This document shows, piece after piece, positions 26,852 to 36,891 of a DNA stretch of 64,000 nt. The DNA lies in the IMG/VR virus record IMGVR_UViG_3300031608_000001, positions 2,663 to 66,662 of that record. One strand, 5' to 3'. The translations under genes were made by a program, and so were the position numbers. The notes under the pieces were generated by a model, which saw only the letters and a list, made by a program, of their open reading frames with translations, had not been told where the DNA came from and ran no database searches. This stretch comes from a virus. The first letter of the stretch is position 1. Every line of letters starts with the position of its first letter.

Positions 26852-29560
26852 TTAATCATCGAATTCAAACAAACTATGGAATGTACTAGTAGTGTCTGTC
26901 GCTGACAGATCCCACTTTAACACACCTAATAAGTTTTCTACCTTCTTATCGATGACTGCTTTTTCCATTGCGTCCTCGTCAAAAGGCATTTCTTTGAACC
27001 AATCTGGTAATTGTAATTCGTCTGTAGGATAAGCAATGCTGGTATAACCCATATTGTTACTCTTAAGTCGACATACAATCACTTTCATACCATCAGTAAT
27101 TGGCATACTGTAGGCATCACTATTTGCTAATAACATGTTATTCCAATTAATACTTGCTCTAACATGTCCAGGTATCATTACCTTAGTGTTCTCATCTTTT
27201 AGTTTCTCTAACTTATACAGACTAGCACTCTTATTCATAGTAAATGCTTTGTTGTATGCTTCTGTATAATGTGTTAGGTTGTTTACCCTCTTTGGCATTC
27301 CTTTCATCCAAGGGTCCATTACTTTGAAACCGTTTTTAAATTCTCTTACAGTTGCTAGTACATCATTTTCTGTACCGCCATCTAGTGTTAATGTTAATAC
27401 GTCACTTAAGAAGTCTTGTACAAACTCAGGCGTATCAGATCTTTTAATATCTAGACCCATAACTTTTAGTTTACCACCCGGTGGTTGGTACCCTTCAATG
27501 TCCAGTACATTAATCGCATAACGCTTCTTGGTAATAAACAAGCCTGCTCTACCAACTACTTCTCTACCTGCTTTTAATATATCACCTGATGACTTTGGAA
27601 TGTTAAATGCCTGCTTGGCAAACTTTGGAAACGAATCACTAACTGTATCGGATATGTTATCATAAAGTGCGATAGCACTATCCATATCTAATTCTAAATT
27701 TTGTTCTTTGCTGATTGTGTCAGCACTAAAGTATACAGAGTCAGTGTCGCCATACACAATAGTATCGCCTGTATGGTCATAACTACCAGTCATCATCTTA
27801 TTTGTTTCAGCACCCATGTGTCTAGTAATTGCTCTACCAGTAAGTGTAGTTGATTGTCCAATCCTATGATCAAAGAATCTACTACCTGGATTACAAATAG
27901 CACCGTATGTACTGTTAAGTAAAATCTTTCTAACCAACTGCCTCTTATCCCAAAAGGCTATATCAGCCGGGTCAGTTGCTTCTTTCTTTTTCTTTTGTAG
28001 TTGCTGTCTTTCGCTGTACCAACGCTCTAGCAGTCCTGGAATAACACCTTGTACGTCTGTTCTAAAGATTGTACCATTAGCACTAATACACCAAGGCTCT
28101 TTGCTGTTAAACAACATGTTATACACGTCGCCACCTGTTACATTAACTTCGGTTCCGTCTTCTAAATCTAATACAATCGGCCTATCAATGTCTTTGCTCA
28201 TTACTAGTTCGTATTCATTACTGCCAAACTTGCCAGCCCACGCATCAGCAAACGATTTCTTGTCTAGTTGTATGCTTGACTTAATTTCAGAGTTAGTATA
28301 CTCTTGTCTAAGTTGCCCAACTACTGTTTCGGGTGCCATATTCAATGCTCTAATAACACTAGGATACAAGGAGTTAATGTCCATTGATCCTATCCACTGA
28401 TGTATGCCTTTCTTAGGGAATGCCACATAGGCACCTGCTACTGTATGCCCCCATGGGTTATCGGAGTCCTTGCCTCGTTTCCTATCTGGTATAACCATGT
28501 TACGTCTATGTGCTTCGTTGATAATAGCCGAGTCAATTGTTTGTACCGCTCCCATTGTTACTGGAAGTAAAACTGTATTCTGATGTGCTATTTCACTAGC
28601 AAGACTAATAAACTGTAACTTGTCATCAATCTTCTTAAGCAACATTGTATCTTGTATGTTATATTCTAAGAACATTTCAAAGTCATGATTATAAAGTCTA
28701 TCTAAACTACCTTCGTATGGAACTTTCTTTTCACCAACTTCCATTTCGCCAATGTAATCTAATCTGTAACTGTGACGTTCTTCATAGTTATATTTTCTAT
28801 AAAGTTGTAAGTAGTCTAAGTGTACACGACCAACTAAGTCATATGTCTGTGTGTCTTTGCCATACATGATGTATTCACGTTTAACTACGTTCTTATCTAG
28901 TAAGCATAGACGCCTTGTTTCGCTTTTGCCAAGTACCTTAATGATTCTATTAACAGTATAAGGGATATCATAACCCTCACTGTTCCAGCCACTAAGCACA
29001 TCAGCATCTTCAATAAGCGACAAGAACGCATCTAGCATACCTGCTTCGTCTTTAAACAGTATAGTGTTGCCTACCTTCTTTGCTATCTCTTGTGCCTGTG
29101 TCCAGTTTAATGTCTTAGGCGGAACTGCTACACAAATAACTTGATCCATCCAGTCTAAGTATACACTGATACTAGTAATAGGTGTAAACGCATCTTCAGG
29201 TGAACTGTAACCCTCTTCTGGATCAAAGTCTACCTCAATATCAAAGAAGCACTTATGTAAGGCAGGAGCCTCTTCGCCTAAGTACTGTTCTGCCAACACT
29301 CTGTTAACAGGCTTAATGTCGCTTTCGTATGTTTGTCTATTTTGATATAATGCGGTATTACGTTTAAAGTCTTTCCAGTTAGATGCTACGACCTTACTGA
29401 CAGGATTACCATGGATGCTACGTTCTTTGCCTTTTGGATCATCTATATAAAAATAGTATCGCATAGGATGATCAATGATCTTTCTTTCGCCACTCTTAGT
29501 GCGTTCTACCACACGAACAATGCCGTTTTTTTGATCAAATACTGCGTCAACGTAACTCAA
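26852..29560 (-). CDS. family B DNA polymerase
   Basis: ExoI FDIE, ExoII WNSEGYD, DINSLYPS, KILLNSTYG, YGDTDS, KKRY; TTG start. Confidence 0.97.
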   Translation of the reverse strand: MSYVDAVFDQKNGIVRVVERTKSGERKIIDHPMRYYFYIDDPKGKERSIHGNPVSKVVASNWKDFKRNTALYQNRQTYESDIKPVNRVLAEQYLGEEAPALHKCFFDIEVDFDPEEGYSSPEDAFTPITSISVYLDWMDQVICVAVPPKTLNWTQAQEIAKKVGNTILFKDEAGMLDAFLSLIEDADVLSGWNSEGYDIPYTVNRIIKVLGKSETRRLCLLDKNVVKREYIMYGKDTQTYDLVGRVHLDYLQLYRKYNYEERHSYRLDYIGEMEVGEKKVPYEGSLDRLYNHDFEMFLEYNIQDTMLLKKIDDKLQFISLASEIAHQNTVLLPVTMGAVQTIDSAIINEAHRRNMVIPDRKRGKDSDNPWGHTVAGAYVAFPKKGIHQWIGSMDINSLYPSVIRALNMAPETVVGQLRQEYTNSEIKSSIQLDKKSFADAWAGKFGSNEYELVMSKDIDRPIVLDLEDGTEVNVTGGDVYNMLFNSKEPWCISANGTIFRTDVQGVIPGLLERWYSERQQLQKKKKEATDPADIAFWDKRQLVRKILLNSTYGAICNPGSRFFDHRIGQSTTLTGRAITRHMGAETNKMMTGSYDHTGDTIVYGDTDSVYFSADTISKEQNLELDMDSAIALYDNISDTVSDSFPKFAKQAFNIPKSSGDILKAGREVVGRAGLFITKKRYAINVLDIEGYQPPGGKLKVMGLDIKRSDTPEFVQDFLSDVLTLTLDGGTENDVLATVREFKNGFKVMDPWMKGMPKRVNNLTHYTEAYNKAFTMNKSASLYKLEKLKDENTKVMIPGHVRASINWNNMLLANSDAYSMPITDGMKVIVCRLKSNNMGYTSIAYPTDELQLPDWFKEMPFDEDAMEKAVIDKKVENLLGVLKWDLSATDTTSTFHSLFEFDD

Positions 29561-29833
29561 TTACCAATTCCTCTTGTAGTCTAGATCATTTATCTGATCT
29601 GAAAACTTTAGCATAAACTTCATTTGACTTGCCTCTGATATAAATTGTGCGTACACACTAGCAGTAGGTCTGTAACTGCTTTCAAAGTCAACCACTTTAC
29701 TAAATGTAGTGTTTTTAAAACTAAAGAATGGTATCATCGCATCATGTAATCGCTCTTCATATATATGTTCGTAGTCCGCATCTTCAGTCCACGGCATATC
29801 GAATAAATGTACTTTGTCTTTAGTCAGATTCAT
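29561..29833 (-). CDS. hypothetical protein
   Basis: 90 aa; promoter TTGACA-N16-TATACT at 29841-29868. Confidence 0.65.
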   Translation of the reverse strand: MNLTKDKVHLFDMPWTEDADYEHIYEERLHDAMIPFFSFKNTTFSKVVDFESSYRPTASVYAQFISEASQMKFMLKFSDQINDLDYKRNW

Positions 29834-29891
29834 ATTGCACAGTATAACAGATAGATCTGTTTTGTCAACCTATTTTTCAGTTAAGTGTTGT

Positions 29892-30158
29892 TTATAATTT
29901 GTCTTTACCGACGGCGGCTAAAATAGTTTCTAGTGCGTCGAACTTATCGTACTCATCAGTAAACGATGCCTTGTGAGCAACTTTAACCGCTTTCATAAGT
30001 ACAGCAGGTTTGAGATCCATTTCTTCAGCGATTGCTTTCACTGTCTCTCTTAAACCTACTTGTAGTGAATCAACTTCATAAAGAACTTGATCACCTTCTT
30101 TGATTAATTTGTCAAGCCTTGCGACTTCTTCTGTATTAAATGTTTTATTAAATGCCAT
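29892..30158 (-). CDS. T4 DsbA-like dsDNA-binding protein
   Basis: helical, LRETVKAIAEEMDLKPAVLMKAVKVAHK. Confidence 0.65.
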   Translation of the reverse strand: MAFNKTFNTEEVARLDKLIKEGDQVLYEVDSLQVGLRETVKAIAEEMDLKPAVLMKAVKVAHKASFTDEYDKFDALETILAAVGKDKL

Positions 30159-30176
30159 AAATTTGTTTCCTACATA

Positions 30177-30223
30177 TATTTATTTGGAATAGTTAGTATA
30201 GCATCAAATTACGGCTAGGTCAA
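30177..30223 (-). promoter_or_regulatory. tandem early and late promoters
   Basis: TTGACC-N17-TATACT (30223-30195) and ATAAATA (30183-30177). Confidence 0.65.
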
Positions 30224-31396
30224 GAACTTTTGTAAAAATTGTTCCCATTCGTCTAAAATTATGTGGTGACTATATAAAATATTACTGTTGTGAATACATT
30301 TTTCTAATGTGTTGTTGTCAATACACTCACTGTCAAAGTTAAGAACACTAGAACAAATGCTGTCAAATTGATTATCATACGGGTCATGTATTTCATCAAA
30401 CAGTTCAAAGCCTAAATCTTGTAAGTAGTTAGGGTTACCCGGCGCATCAAAACTTATGAATGGATGTCCGTATATCATTGGTGTATATGTTTTTTCTGTT
30501 ACAAGGTAATCAAATGTACAATCCTCTTTACCACCGTATGCTGTTTCTGGTATTACTGTAAAGTAACTATTATTATATACAGTGGTTTTCCACCTATTCA
30601 TATTATAGAAATATTCATGTGGGTATTCAGTTAGTGTGTATTTTTCTGCTAAGTCTTTAATATGGTCTTTGAGTCGTTCGCGCCAATTGGCATTCCCCAG
30701 CATTGGAGCATCGCCGATAGATATATAGTTGTCATCTATGTTATTATCAATACAGTAGTTTAGGAAATCCATGCGGTATTGCCTATGGGGTGCACCTAAA
30801 CATGCTATAAAGTTTTTATTTTTCTCTTGGTTGAATTGCGATGTTATATGCTTGTCGCTGTATACTTTTTTAAAATCATCTGTGCCTAAGTAACCAACAT
30901 TACTAGTAGCGTCTACTCTATTGAGTAACCAAAAGTTTAAGTCCTGATTATGTATAACACCAAAGTTTGAAGTATCTATACCTTTGTCATTTAACACCTC
31001 TTTAAACTCACTTAACAAAACATCGCTGTCATATGCTTCGTCTACGTCATCAAACAGCACTACGGACCCTTGTAGTGCTTTACAATGCTCTATAGTCAAG
31101 TACCTTAGTTGTGTGTACTCAATGACAATAATGTCGCAACTACTTACATGATCAATAAGTATTTTATCAACACTGATGCGATGATATCTATTTAGAAAGG
31201 GTAGGTATTTTTTTAATAAGAATGTTGTGTTGGGTTCATAGTGTAAGGCATGTCTATTGTAATGATAGCCTTTAAGATGTAAGTTAGGCTCTTGCTCTAT
31301 AGTTCTTACTTCTCGCCCACCATAGAATTGGTTGTGCTTTACATCATTACTTAAATTACTAACAGGCGAGAAAACACCTATTTTTAGTTCAATCAT
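30215..31396 (-). CDS. putative glycosyltransferase-like protein (probable start MIELKI)
   Basis: C-terminal FTVIPET...VTEKTY.P...HPFI...YLQDLGFELF. Confidence 0.55.
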   Translation of the reverse strand: MIELKIGVFSPVSNLSNDVKHNQFYGGREVRTIEQEPNLHLKGYHYNRHALHYEPNTTFLLKKYLPFLNRYHRISVDKILIDHVSSCDIIVIEYTQLRYLTIEHCKALQGSVVLFDDVDEAYDSDVLLSEFKEVLNDKGIDTSNFGVIHNQDLNFWLLNRVDATSNVGYLGTDDFKKVYSDKHITSQFNQEKNKNFIACLGAPHRQYRMDFLNYCIDNNIDDNYISIGDAPMLGNANWRERLKDHIKDLAEKYTLTEYPHEYFYNMNRWKTTVYNNSYFTVIPETAYGGKEDCTFDYLVTEKTYTPMIYGHPFISFDAPGNPNYLQDLGFELFDEIHDPYDNQFDSICSSVLNFDSECIDNNTLEKCIHNSNILYSHHIILDEWEQFLQKFLT

Positions 31397-31701
31397 TAGT
31401 TTTCTGTGCTGGCTTCGAAATCCCAATTTTCAACGTTAAGTTCGTCAGCAAGTATATCCGCAATTTGCGTACCTTCTTGTGCCGATATGTCTTCCTGGGT
31501 AAGTACTTCGTATACTTGCACGTCGTCTGATTCATAGTGGATAACTTCTGCTTTAACTTTGTTACCACCTCCGTCAAAGGATGAAAACACTTTTGTTGGT
31601 GTTACACTTTGAACAATATCAAAAAAGTCGACAATATCAGCACGTGATATTTCGTTCTCTGTGACGATTCTTACAAAGTGTTTTCTAACCTTATCTACCA
31701 T
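31396..31701 (-). CDS. hypothetical protein
   Basis: 101 aa acidic ORF. Confidence 0.7.
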   Translation of the reverse strand: MVDKVRKHFVRIVTENEISRADIVDFFDIVQSVTPTKVFSSFDGGGNKVKAEVIHYESDDVQVYEVLTQEDISAQEGTQIADILADELNVENWDFEASTEN

Positions 31702-31706
31702 ATTAC

Positions 31707-32033
31707 TTACTTACCTTTACTATATGCTTGTGAACCAAAGAACGCGGCTACAATACCAGCAACTGCTACAAAGTATGTAGCGGCCATATCACCAAGTATA
31801 GCACCTGCTGAATCTAACCCTGCCAATAATGCTAATACCACAGCAAATGGATATAATAATAATCCGCCTAACGCAAACCATGTCATGCTTCTTTGAGCAT
31901 CACGCATCGCATCAGCATCTTCGAGTTCTTTTCTTTTGAACTCCATGTACATTGCTTCTTCGGCCTTTGAAACTTTTCCATCACCATTTGTGTCAGCGGG
32001 ATGATGTATCGCTGTATTACTTTCCTCTGCCAT
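31707..32033 (-). CDS. EF-hand-like plus 2-TM membrane protein (holin candidate)
   Basis: DTNGDGKVSKAE loop, two hydrophobic helices, basic C-terminus. Confidence 0.6.
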   Translation of the reverse strand: MAEESNTAIHHPADTNGDGKVSKAEEAMYMEFKRKELEDADAMRDAQRSMTWFALGGLLLYPFAVVLALLAGLDSAGAILGDMAATYFVAVAGIVAAFFGSQAYSKGK

Positions 32034-32046
32034 TTATGTTCTCCTA

Positions 32047-33591
32047 CTAACTTATGACTGCTCTGTCTGTTACTCGTCTCCAACTAGTGCCATCGCTAAA
32101 TGCCATTATTGGACCACCATTTTCATTTGACACATAAATCATGTGCCCTATGTAGGCAGAAGCATCAGGAACCCCTGATACTGTATATCGTGGAAACTCA
32201 ACTGGTCCTCCACTACTTTCAACTACACCATAGTCGCTGTTGACTAATGCTGTAACTGATTCTGTTAAATTACCATAGTCAACACTATCTGTTGCTGTGG
32301 TTGAAATTGCTCCGTAATCACTTACGGTTTCGAATAAGATTGATGATACAGTACCACCGACTGTTACTTTGGCTTCTGCTTCATCATATGTGAATGAGCC
32401 ACTACTTCCAAGTACTCCCTCATCATTGTATTGTACATGCGTGTTGCTTCCTGCTGGTGGTAACGTTTTAGCATCAACGTATGCTTTGACTGATTGCTGT
32501 GAAGGAAGTCTAGTAGCACTATTGGATGACAAGGTATCCTCGTCAATTAGTGTTGCTGTTATTCTAGCATCTGCCCTAGCGTCTGTGTAGTACTTGTTAG
32601 TACCTTCAGTAATATTAGTTGTGCTAGGTGTCGTAAATGTTACTCCACCGGAGCCGTTTGTTGTTAATACTTGGTTAGCACTACCATCGCTAGTAGGAAA
32701 ACTATAAGCACCGTTTACATTAACAGTACCTGTAACTGTTATACCTGTAGCAGTTGTAATAAATTTTATGCTACTGTTATGATTTAATTGTTGTCCACCA
32801 CCGGAACTAAATATTGCTGATGTTTTACTACCTGCTAAGTTAGTTATTGTAAAGGCACCCGATCTTAATCTTATAGATCCTGTGCCGGCATCGTCGATGT
32901 AACTGTTACTACCATCATGATATATTTGTAAGTCGTTACCAGTACCAAAGTTTAGTTTATTGTTGTCTCCAAACTTGGCAGATGATGTACCACCAGTGAC
33001 GATTATTGTATTTGCTTTAACAGTATTTGCCGCGCCATTTGGTTGAATGCTACCTGTTACAGTACCACTTAAATTACCAATGAATGTACCAGCACTTAAC
33101 GTATCACCGTTAACTGTCCATTCACCTTCATCTTCGTCCCAACGTATAAACACATTACTTTCAGCACCCCTGTTTACAAGTATGCCTGCGTTTGCTGTGG
33201 CTTGTTGATTTGATGCTAAGTCGCTGTTTAAGACAATTTCGTTATCGGCTATATTGAGAGTTTCTGTATTGATTATTGACTGTGTACCATTAACTGTTAA
33301 GTTACCTGATATTACAACATCATCACTAAATGTAGATGCCTGGTCAACTCTTGCAAAACTTGTACTATTAACACCGTCTACTGTACCTGCGTCAAGCAGA
33401 TTCCATGTGACACTTTCGCCACTCACCGTTGCTATTTTTAGTAATGTATTACTAGAATCGAACCAAAGGTCTCCTGTTGAGATTGCACTAACGTCACTAG
33501 GGGCGTCAGATGTCCCGTATATTCTAGAACCACGTCTTCCAATTCTAAAACTACTTTGCGAGGTGCCTTTGGCATTCATAATGATTGCCAT
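32047..33591 (-). CDS. virion fibre/structural protein
   Basis: G/S/T-rich; GDLWFD, GNLTVNGT, DLQIYHDG, FSDGTSWRR modules. Confidence 0.8.
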   Translation of the reverse strand: MAIIMNAKGTSQSSFRIGRRGSRIYGTSDAPSDVSAISTGDLWFDSSNTLLKIATVSGESVTWNLLDAGTVDGVNSTSFARVDQASTFSDDVVISGNLTVNGTQSIINTETLNIADNEIVLNSDLASNQQATANAGILVNRGAESNVFIRWDEDEGEWTVNGDTLSAGTFIGNLSGTVTGSIQPNGAANTVKANTIIVTGGTSSAKFGDNNKLNFGTGNDLQIYHDGSNSYIDDAGTGSIRLRSGAFTITNLAGSKTSAIFSSGGGQQLNHNSSIKFITTATGITVTGTVNVNGAYSFPTSDGSANQVLTTNGSGGVTFTTPSTTNITEGTNKYYTDARADARITATLIDEDTLSSNSATRLPSQQSVKAYVDAKTLPPAGSNTHVQYNDEGVLGSSGSFTYDEAEAKVTVGGTVSSILFETVSDYGAISTTATDSVDYGNLTESVTALVNSDYGVVESSGGPVEFPRYTVSGVPDASAYIGHMIYVSNENGGPIMAFSDGTSWRRVTDRAVIS

Positions 33592-33675
33592 TCGTTGCTC
33601 TCCGATATATAACCTGTCTAGCAGTAATGCTAGTCTAAACTTAAAGTCTAGTCAAATCCAATATGGACTTAACTA

Positions 33676-33697
33676 TATTTATCATTTTCCATAAATA
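33676..33697. promoter_or_regulatory. back-to-back late-type boxes
   Basis: GATAAATA (minus, 33683-33676) and ATAAATA (plus, 33691-33697). Confidence 0.6.
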
Positions 33698-33702
33698 TAT
33701 GT

Positions 33703-34371
33703 ATGAGTAAAGAATATACATACTATACAGTAGACAAGATTATGAATACTCCGCTTATCGACACCGATAAGATGTTTGTAATGAATGTTACAGAATTTAT
33801 GCATCCTGAATTGTATGCCAATGTAATGGAAGAAGTACAGGCATTAACTGATTGGCGGGCACCTGAAATAACAGGCAGAAAGAACTATCATATAGGACCA
33901 GATCAACAGCACCCACACTGGATTCAAATAGCAAGAGACACAACTTGGAAGAATGAATTAGTCAATGATGCAATACAATCAAGGTTCGATCTCCACGAGG
34001 ACATTATTCTTGGGGAGCCATTGATGTGGCAAGACGATAACACCAACGGCATCAGTGATGTACATGTTGATAGTCCGGCATACTATTATACATATCAACA
34101 TTGTCTAGCAACAGACAACGAATTTGCTCATACTGGTACTAGGTTTTGGGAGGTTGATTGCGAATACAATCAGGCAATTGATGAAGGACTAGATCCATGT
34201 TTTGGTGAGGATAGCACGTTAGTGAAAGAGGGATTACAAATGCCTTATGTACCTAACCAAGCATACATATTACCACGTGGTAGCCGTGGCTGGCATTCAT
34301 GCCCTGATCTAACACTTGAAGCGGACCATATGGAACGCACGATGGTTTATATGATTGTTACGAAGGCGTAA
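33703..34371 (+). CDS. 2OG-Fe(II) oxygenase-like protein
   Basis: HVD...GT.F...GWH...R; one of few plus-strand genes. Confidence 0.7.
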   Translation: MSKEYTYYTVDKIMNTPLIDTDKMFVMNVTEFMHPELYANVMEEVQALTDWRAPEITGRKNYHIGPDQQHPHWIQIARDTTWKNELVNDAIQSRFDLHEDIILGEPLMWQDDNTNGISDVHVDSPAYYYTYQHCLATDNEFAHTGTRFWEVDCEYNQAIDEGLDPCFGEDSTLVKEGLQMPYVPNQAYILPRGSRGWHSCPDLTLEADHMERTMVYMIVTKA

Positions 34372-35116
34372 CGAATTTCACTCTATTAAGATAAGTTTCC
34401 GGACCACCTGACTGTTTGCCTATGGTGTGGTCTTTTACATAACCAGTAATGGTAGCGGTATCGCCTTTCTTCTGTCCAACTTGTGATGAAAAGAATTTAA
34501 CAAGATTTGCGTCACTGTCTTTAGCAACAAACAAGTAACTAGCACTTCTCCAAATATACTTAACATGTATAAACTCTAAAGAAAATGATCCTCTAGTATT
34601 CAGTTCACCAACATGTTTGCTATCTTTAGCAAGTTGCTTTTCTGTTTTATTAAATGCTTTCTGCTTCTGACCGTTAGCATACACATTAGGTAAACTAGCA
34701 ATTACACCTACGTCTTTGTACTGGACATACTCTTTGCTGATTAGGCCTAAAATTGTTTGCTCAAAGTCACTGATGCTTCTTTTGATTGCTTTAAGACTTA
34801 GTCCTTTAAAATACCTTACCATGTGATCGACATTAGTATAGTCGTCATCGATGACATCAACAGTAGGGTAATACTTAGTAAGTGAATGCTCAATGCTTTT
34901 GCTCTTGAACTTTTCAATACCCATTGTGTTATTGATAATAAACAAGTTAGGTAACTTCTCAGCATCACCGTCCTCGTCTTTTTCGTACATAGCATCCTTC
35001 TTGATGTATCCACCGTTAATTCGATTAACAGCAATAGACAAGGTAAGAAGATCTTTTAAATTAAATTGATCTTCAAACCACTTGCCCGAAGGTGCTTTTA
35101 TTTTTTGTACTTTCAT
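34358..35116 (-). CDS. hypothetical protein with C-terminal OB-fold-like domain
   Basis: HVG...VKFF...ITGYVKDH...ETYLNRV. Confidence 0.7.
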   Translation of the reverse strand: MKVQKIKAPSGKWFEDQFNLKDLLTLSIAVNRINGGYIKKDAMYEKDEDGDAEKLPNLFIINNTMGIEKFKSKSIEHSLTKYYPTVDVIDDDYTNVDHMVRYFKGLSLKAIKRSISDFEQTILGLISKEYVQYKDVGVIASLPNVYANGQKQKAFNKTEKQLAKDSKHVGELNTRGSFSLEFIHVKYIWRSASYLFVAKDSDANLVKFFSSQVGQKKGDTATITGYVKDHTIGKQSGGPETYLNRVKFVTPS

Positions 35117-35373
35117 TAAACAGCCTCGATCATGCTCAATGGAACATTGTAAGAACGGCCACGCATATCAACGACTGCTTTCTTGATATTCACTTTGGTA
35201 ACTATACCTGGAGTACGTTTTGTTTTTTGTACTACCCAAACATTATCACCAACTGAAATGCTACCCTTTGCGTTAAGTGTCTTAACCGTGTTAACAAATG
35301 ATGTTAACTCATTAAGTTCTGCTAGGGTGAAATCACCTGTTCTAATTGCTCTTTTAATCTCTATCATGTTCAT
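35116..35373 (-). CDS. small SH3/KOW-like early protein
   Basis: ISVGDNV...GIVTKVNIKKAVVD...YNVP; GTAGGAG RBS. Confidence 0.7.
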   Translation of the reverse strand: MNMIEIKRAIRTGDFTLAELNELTSFVNTVKTLNAKGSISVGDNVWVVQKTKRTPGIVTKVNIKKAVVDMRGRSYNVPLSMIEAV

Positions 35374-35408
35374 ATAAAACTCCTACCTTTTTGTTAAACT
35401 ATGTGCAT

Positions 35409-35437
35409 ATTATACCACATTTCGTGGCAGAAGTCAA
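35409..35437 (-). promoter_or_regulatory. sigma70-like early promoter
   Basis: TTGACT-N17-TATAAT; leader nearly identical to 692-736. Confidence 0.85.
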
Positions 35438-35438
35438 C

Positions 35439-36026
35439 CTAATTTACAATTAAATGGTAGATTTCTTCCCAATTTTTAACTACTGTAGCGTCACCTGTGT
35501 AGTCCATATTGTGTCCATGCTCGACTAAAATAGCCTTGAGACCTGCGTCTGTACCCCAATCAGCATTCTGTGGCTTGTCTTCAATCCAGTATGCTCCAGG
35601 GTATTTTTTACCGTACTCTTGTAGTATTACATCCTTGTCAGCACCTGTGTCTAAACATACTACTTCTTTGAACGCATCGCCCATTAGTTTGTTAAGATTA
35701 CGTTCTCTTAGATGTTGAGCATAAGGATCTTTGCTTAGGCTTGTAATTGCTACAAAGTGATATTGATGCTTTTCATGTAGCAGTTTCATATAATACTGTG
35801 CGTCTCTCAGTGGAGGCAAGAAGCCTATTGCGGCACTTTCATTAAACTGCTTAACTAATTTATGACCTTGGTTACGGCTAATGCCATACCTATCACCAAT
35901 GCTGTACATGAACTGTGCGCCTTCGACTTTCTCATGTCCGTGATGCTCCATCCAAATGCTGAAGCCTTCTTCCCAATCTAGACATACGCCATCGCAGTCT
36001 GTTAATATTACTTTGTTATTTCTCAT
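35439..36026 (-). CDS. HAD-family 5'-nucleotidase-like protein
   Basis: LTDCDGV, ITS, K, WIEDK. Confidence 0.8.
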   Translation of the reverse strand: MRNNKVILTDCDGVCLDWEEGFSIWMEHHGHEKVEGAQFMYSIGDRYGISRNQGHKLVKQFNESAAIGFLPPLRDAQYYMKLLHEKHQYHFVAITSLSKDPYAQHLRERNLNKLMGDAFKEVVCLDTGADKDVILQEYGKKYPGAYWIEDKPQNADWGTDAGLKAILVEHGHNMDYTGDATVVKNWEEIYHLIVN

Positions 36027-36051
36027 TGTCTTGTCCTCACTATAATTGCAT

Positions 36052-36080
36052 ATTATACAGGATTAGTTAGGATATGTCAA
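36052..36080 (-). promoter_or_regulatory. sigma70 promoter
   Basis: TTGACA-N17-TATAAT. Confidence 0.8.
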
Positions 36081-36807
36081 GTGAATTATATAACTCTACC
36101 TCTATGTCTAGTTTGTTATTCTTTAGTAAAGTGTTATACTTAACAGCACATTCTGATCTAAAACGTGTTATTTCTAATTGTGTTTTATCCCATTGTTCAG
36201 GATCAGACTCGCGTGTATAATCTGTGTATTTTCTGGATTCTAAATCAATGCCTTTAGTCCAGAACGGAACACTAGGCACATGCTTTGCTTTTATATTGTA
36301 ATACTCTTGTATAATATTATTAATGTTTTTAATATCTGTAAACACACAATCTAAGTTTTTAATTTTATTTAAATAATGTCCAGCATGATAATCGTAGTCG
36401 GTTAACTCACATGCTTGTGACCATAACTCCTCTAGAGTTACTTCGTTGTTATGATACTTTTCCCACATGTCAGGCAGGAACCAACTTATTAATGTTTCAA
36501 ACGCACTAACACGTCTGTCAACAGGATCTCTACAAAATACATAATGCTTAAAGTTAGGTTGCGTGTATAACTTTCTAAACATTAGATATGAATCAGCAAT
36601 AGGCAATGAGTAATAAAACTCTTTGTTCTCCAACAGGTCTTGTATCTGTGCTGGTATAGTGTTACTGGATATCACCTTTAATCGTTGGGCTCTAAAGAAC
36701 TCGTTAGGTTCAGTTGTTAAATGCTGTAAGTTATATGCTAGTGCTGTAGAGCCACACTTGCCTGGAGCAAATAAAGTTAGTTGTCTGTCGTAATCAATGA
36801 TTAGCAT
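36067..36807 (-). CDS. sulfotransferase-like protein
   Basis: PGKCGSTAL and CRDPVDRRVSAF. Confidence 0.7.
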   Translation of the reverse strand: MLIIDYDRQLTLFAPGKCGSTALAYNLQHLTTEPNEFFRAQRLKVISSNTIPAQIQDLLENKEFYYSLPIADSYLMFRKLYTQPNFKHYVFCRDPVDRRVSAFETLISWFLPDMWEKYHNNEVTLEELWSQACELTDYDYHAGHYLNKIKNLDCVFTDIKNINNIIQEYYNIKAKHVPSVPFWTKGIDLESRKYTDYTRESDPEQWDKTQLEITRFRSECAVKYNTLLKNNKLDIEVELYNSLDIS

Positions 36808-36821
36808 ACGAATTACTTATC

Positions 36822-36850
36822 AAAAAAAAGCACTCCGAAGAGTGCTTTTT
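36822..36850 (-). terminator. intrinsic terminator with C(UUCG)G tetraloop
   Basis: GCACTC-TTCG-GAGTGC-TTTTTTTT. Confidence 0.9.
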
Positions 36851-36891
36851 CCGTTTGTTTTTGATTAGTCTAAATCAAATCCATACATCAA

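Noticed and set aside
26852-29560. Intein, intron or altered active site in PolB for modified nucleotides
   Set aside because: Length is normal and all exonuclease and polymerase motifs are canonical.
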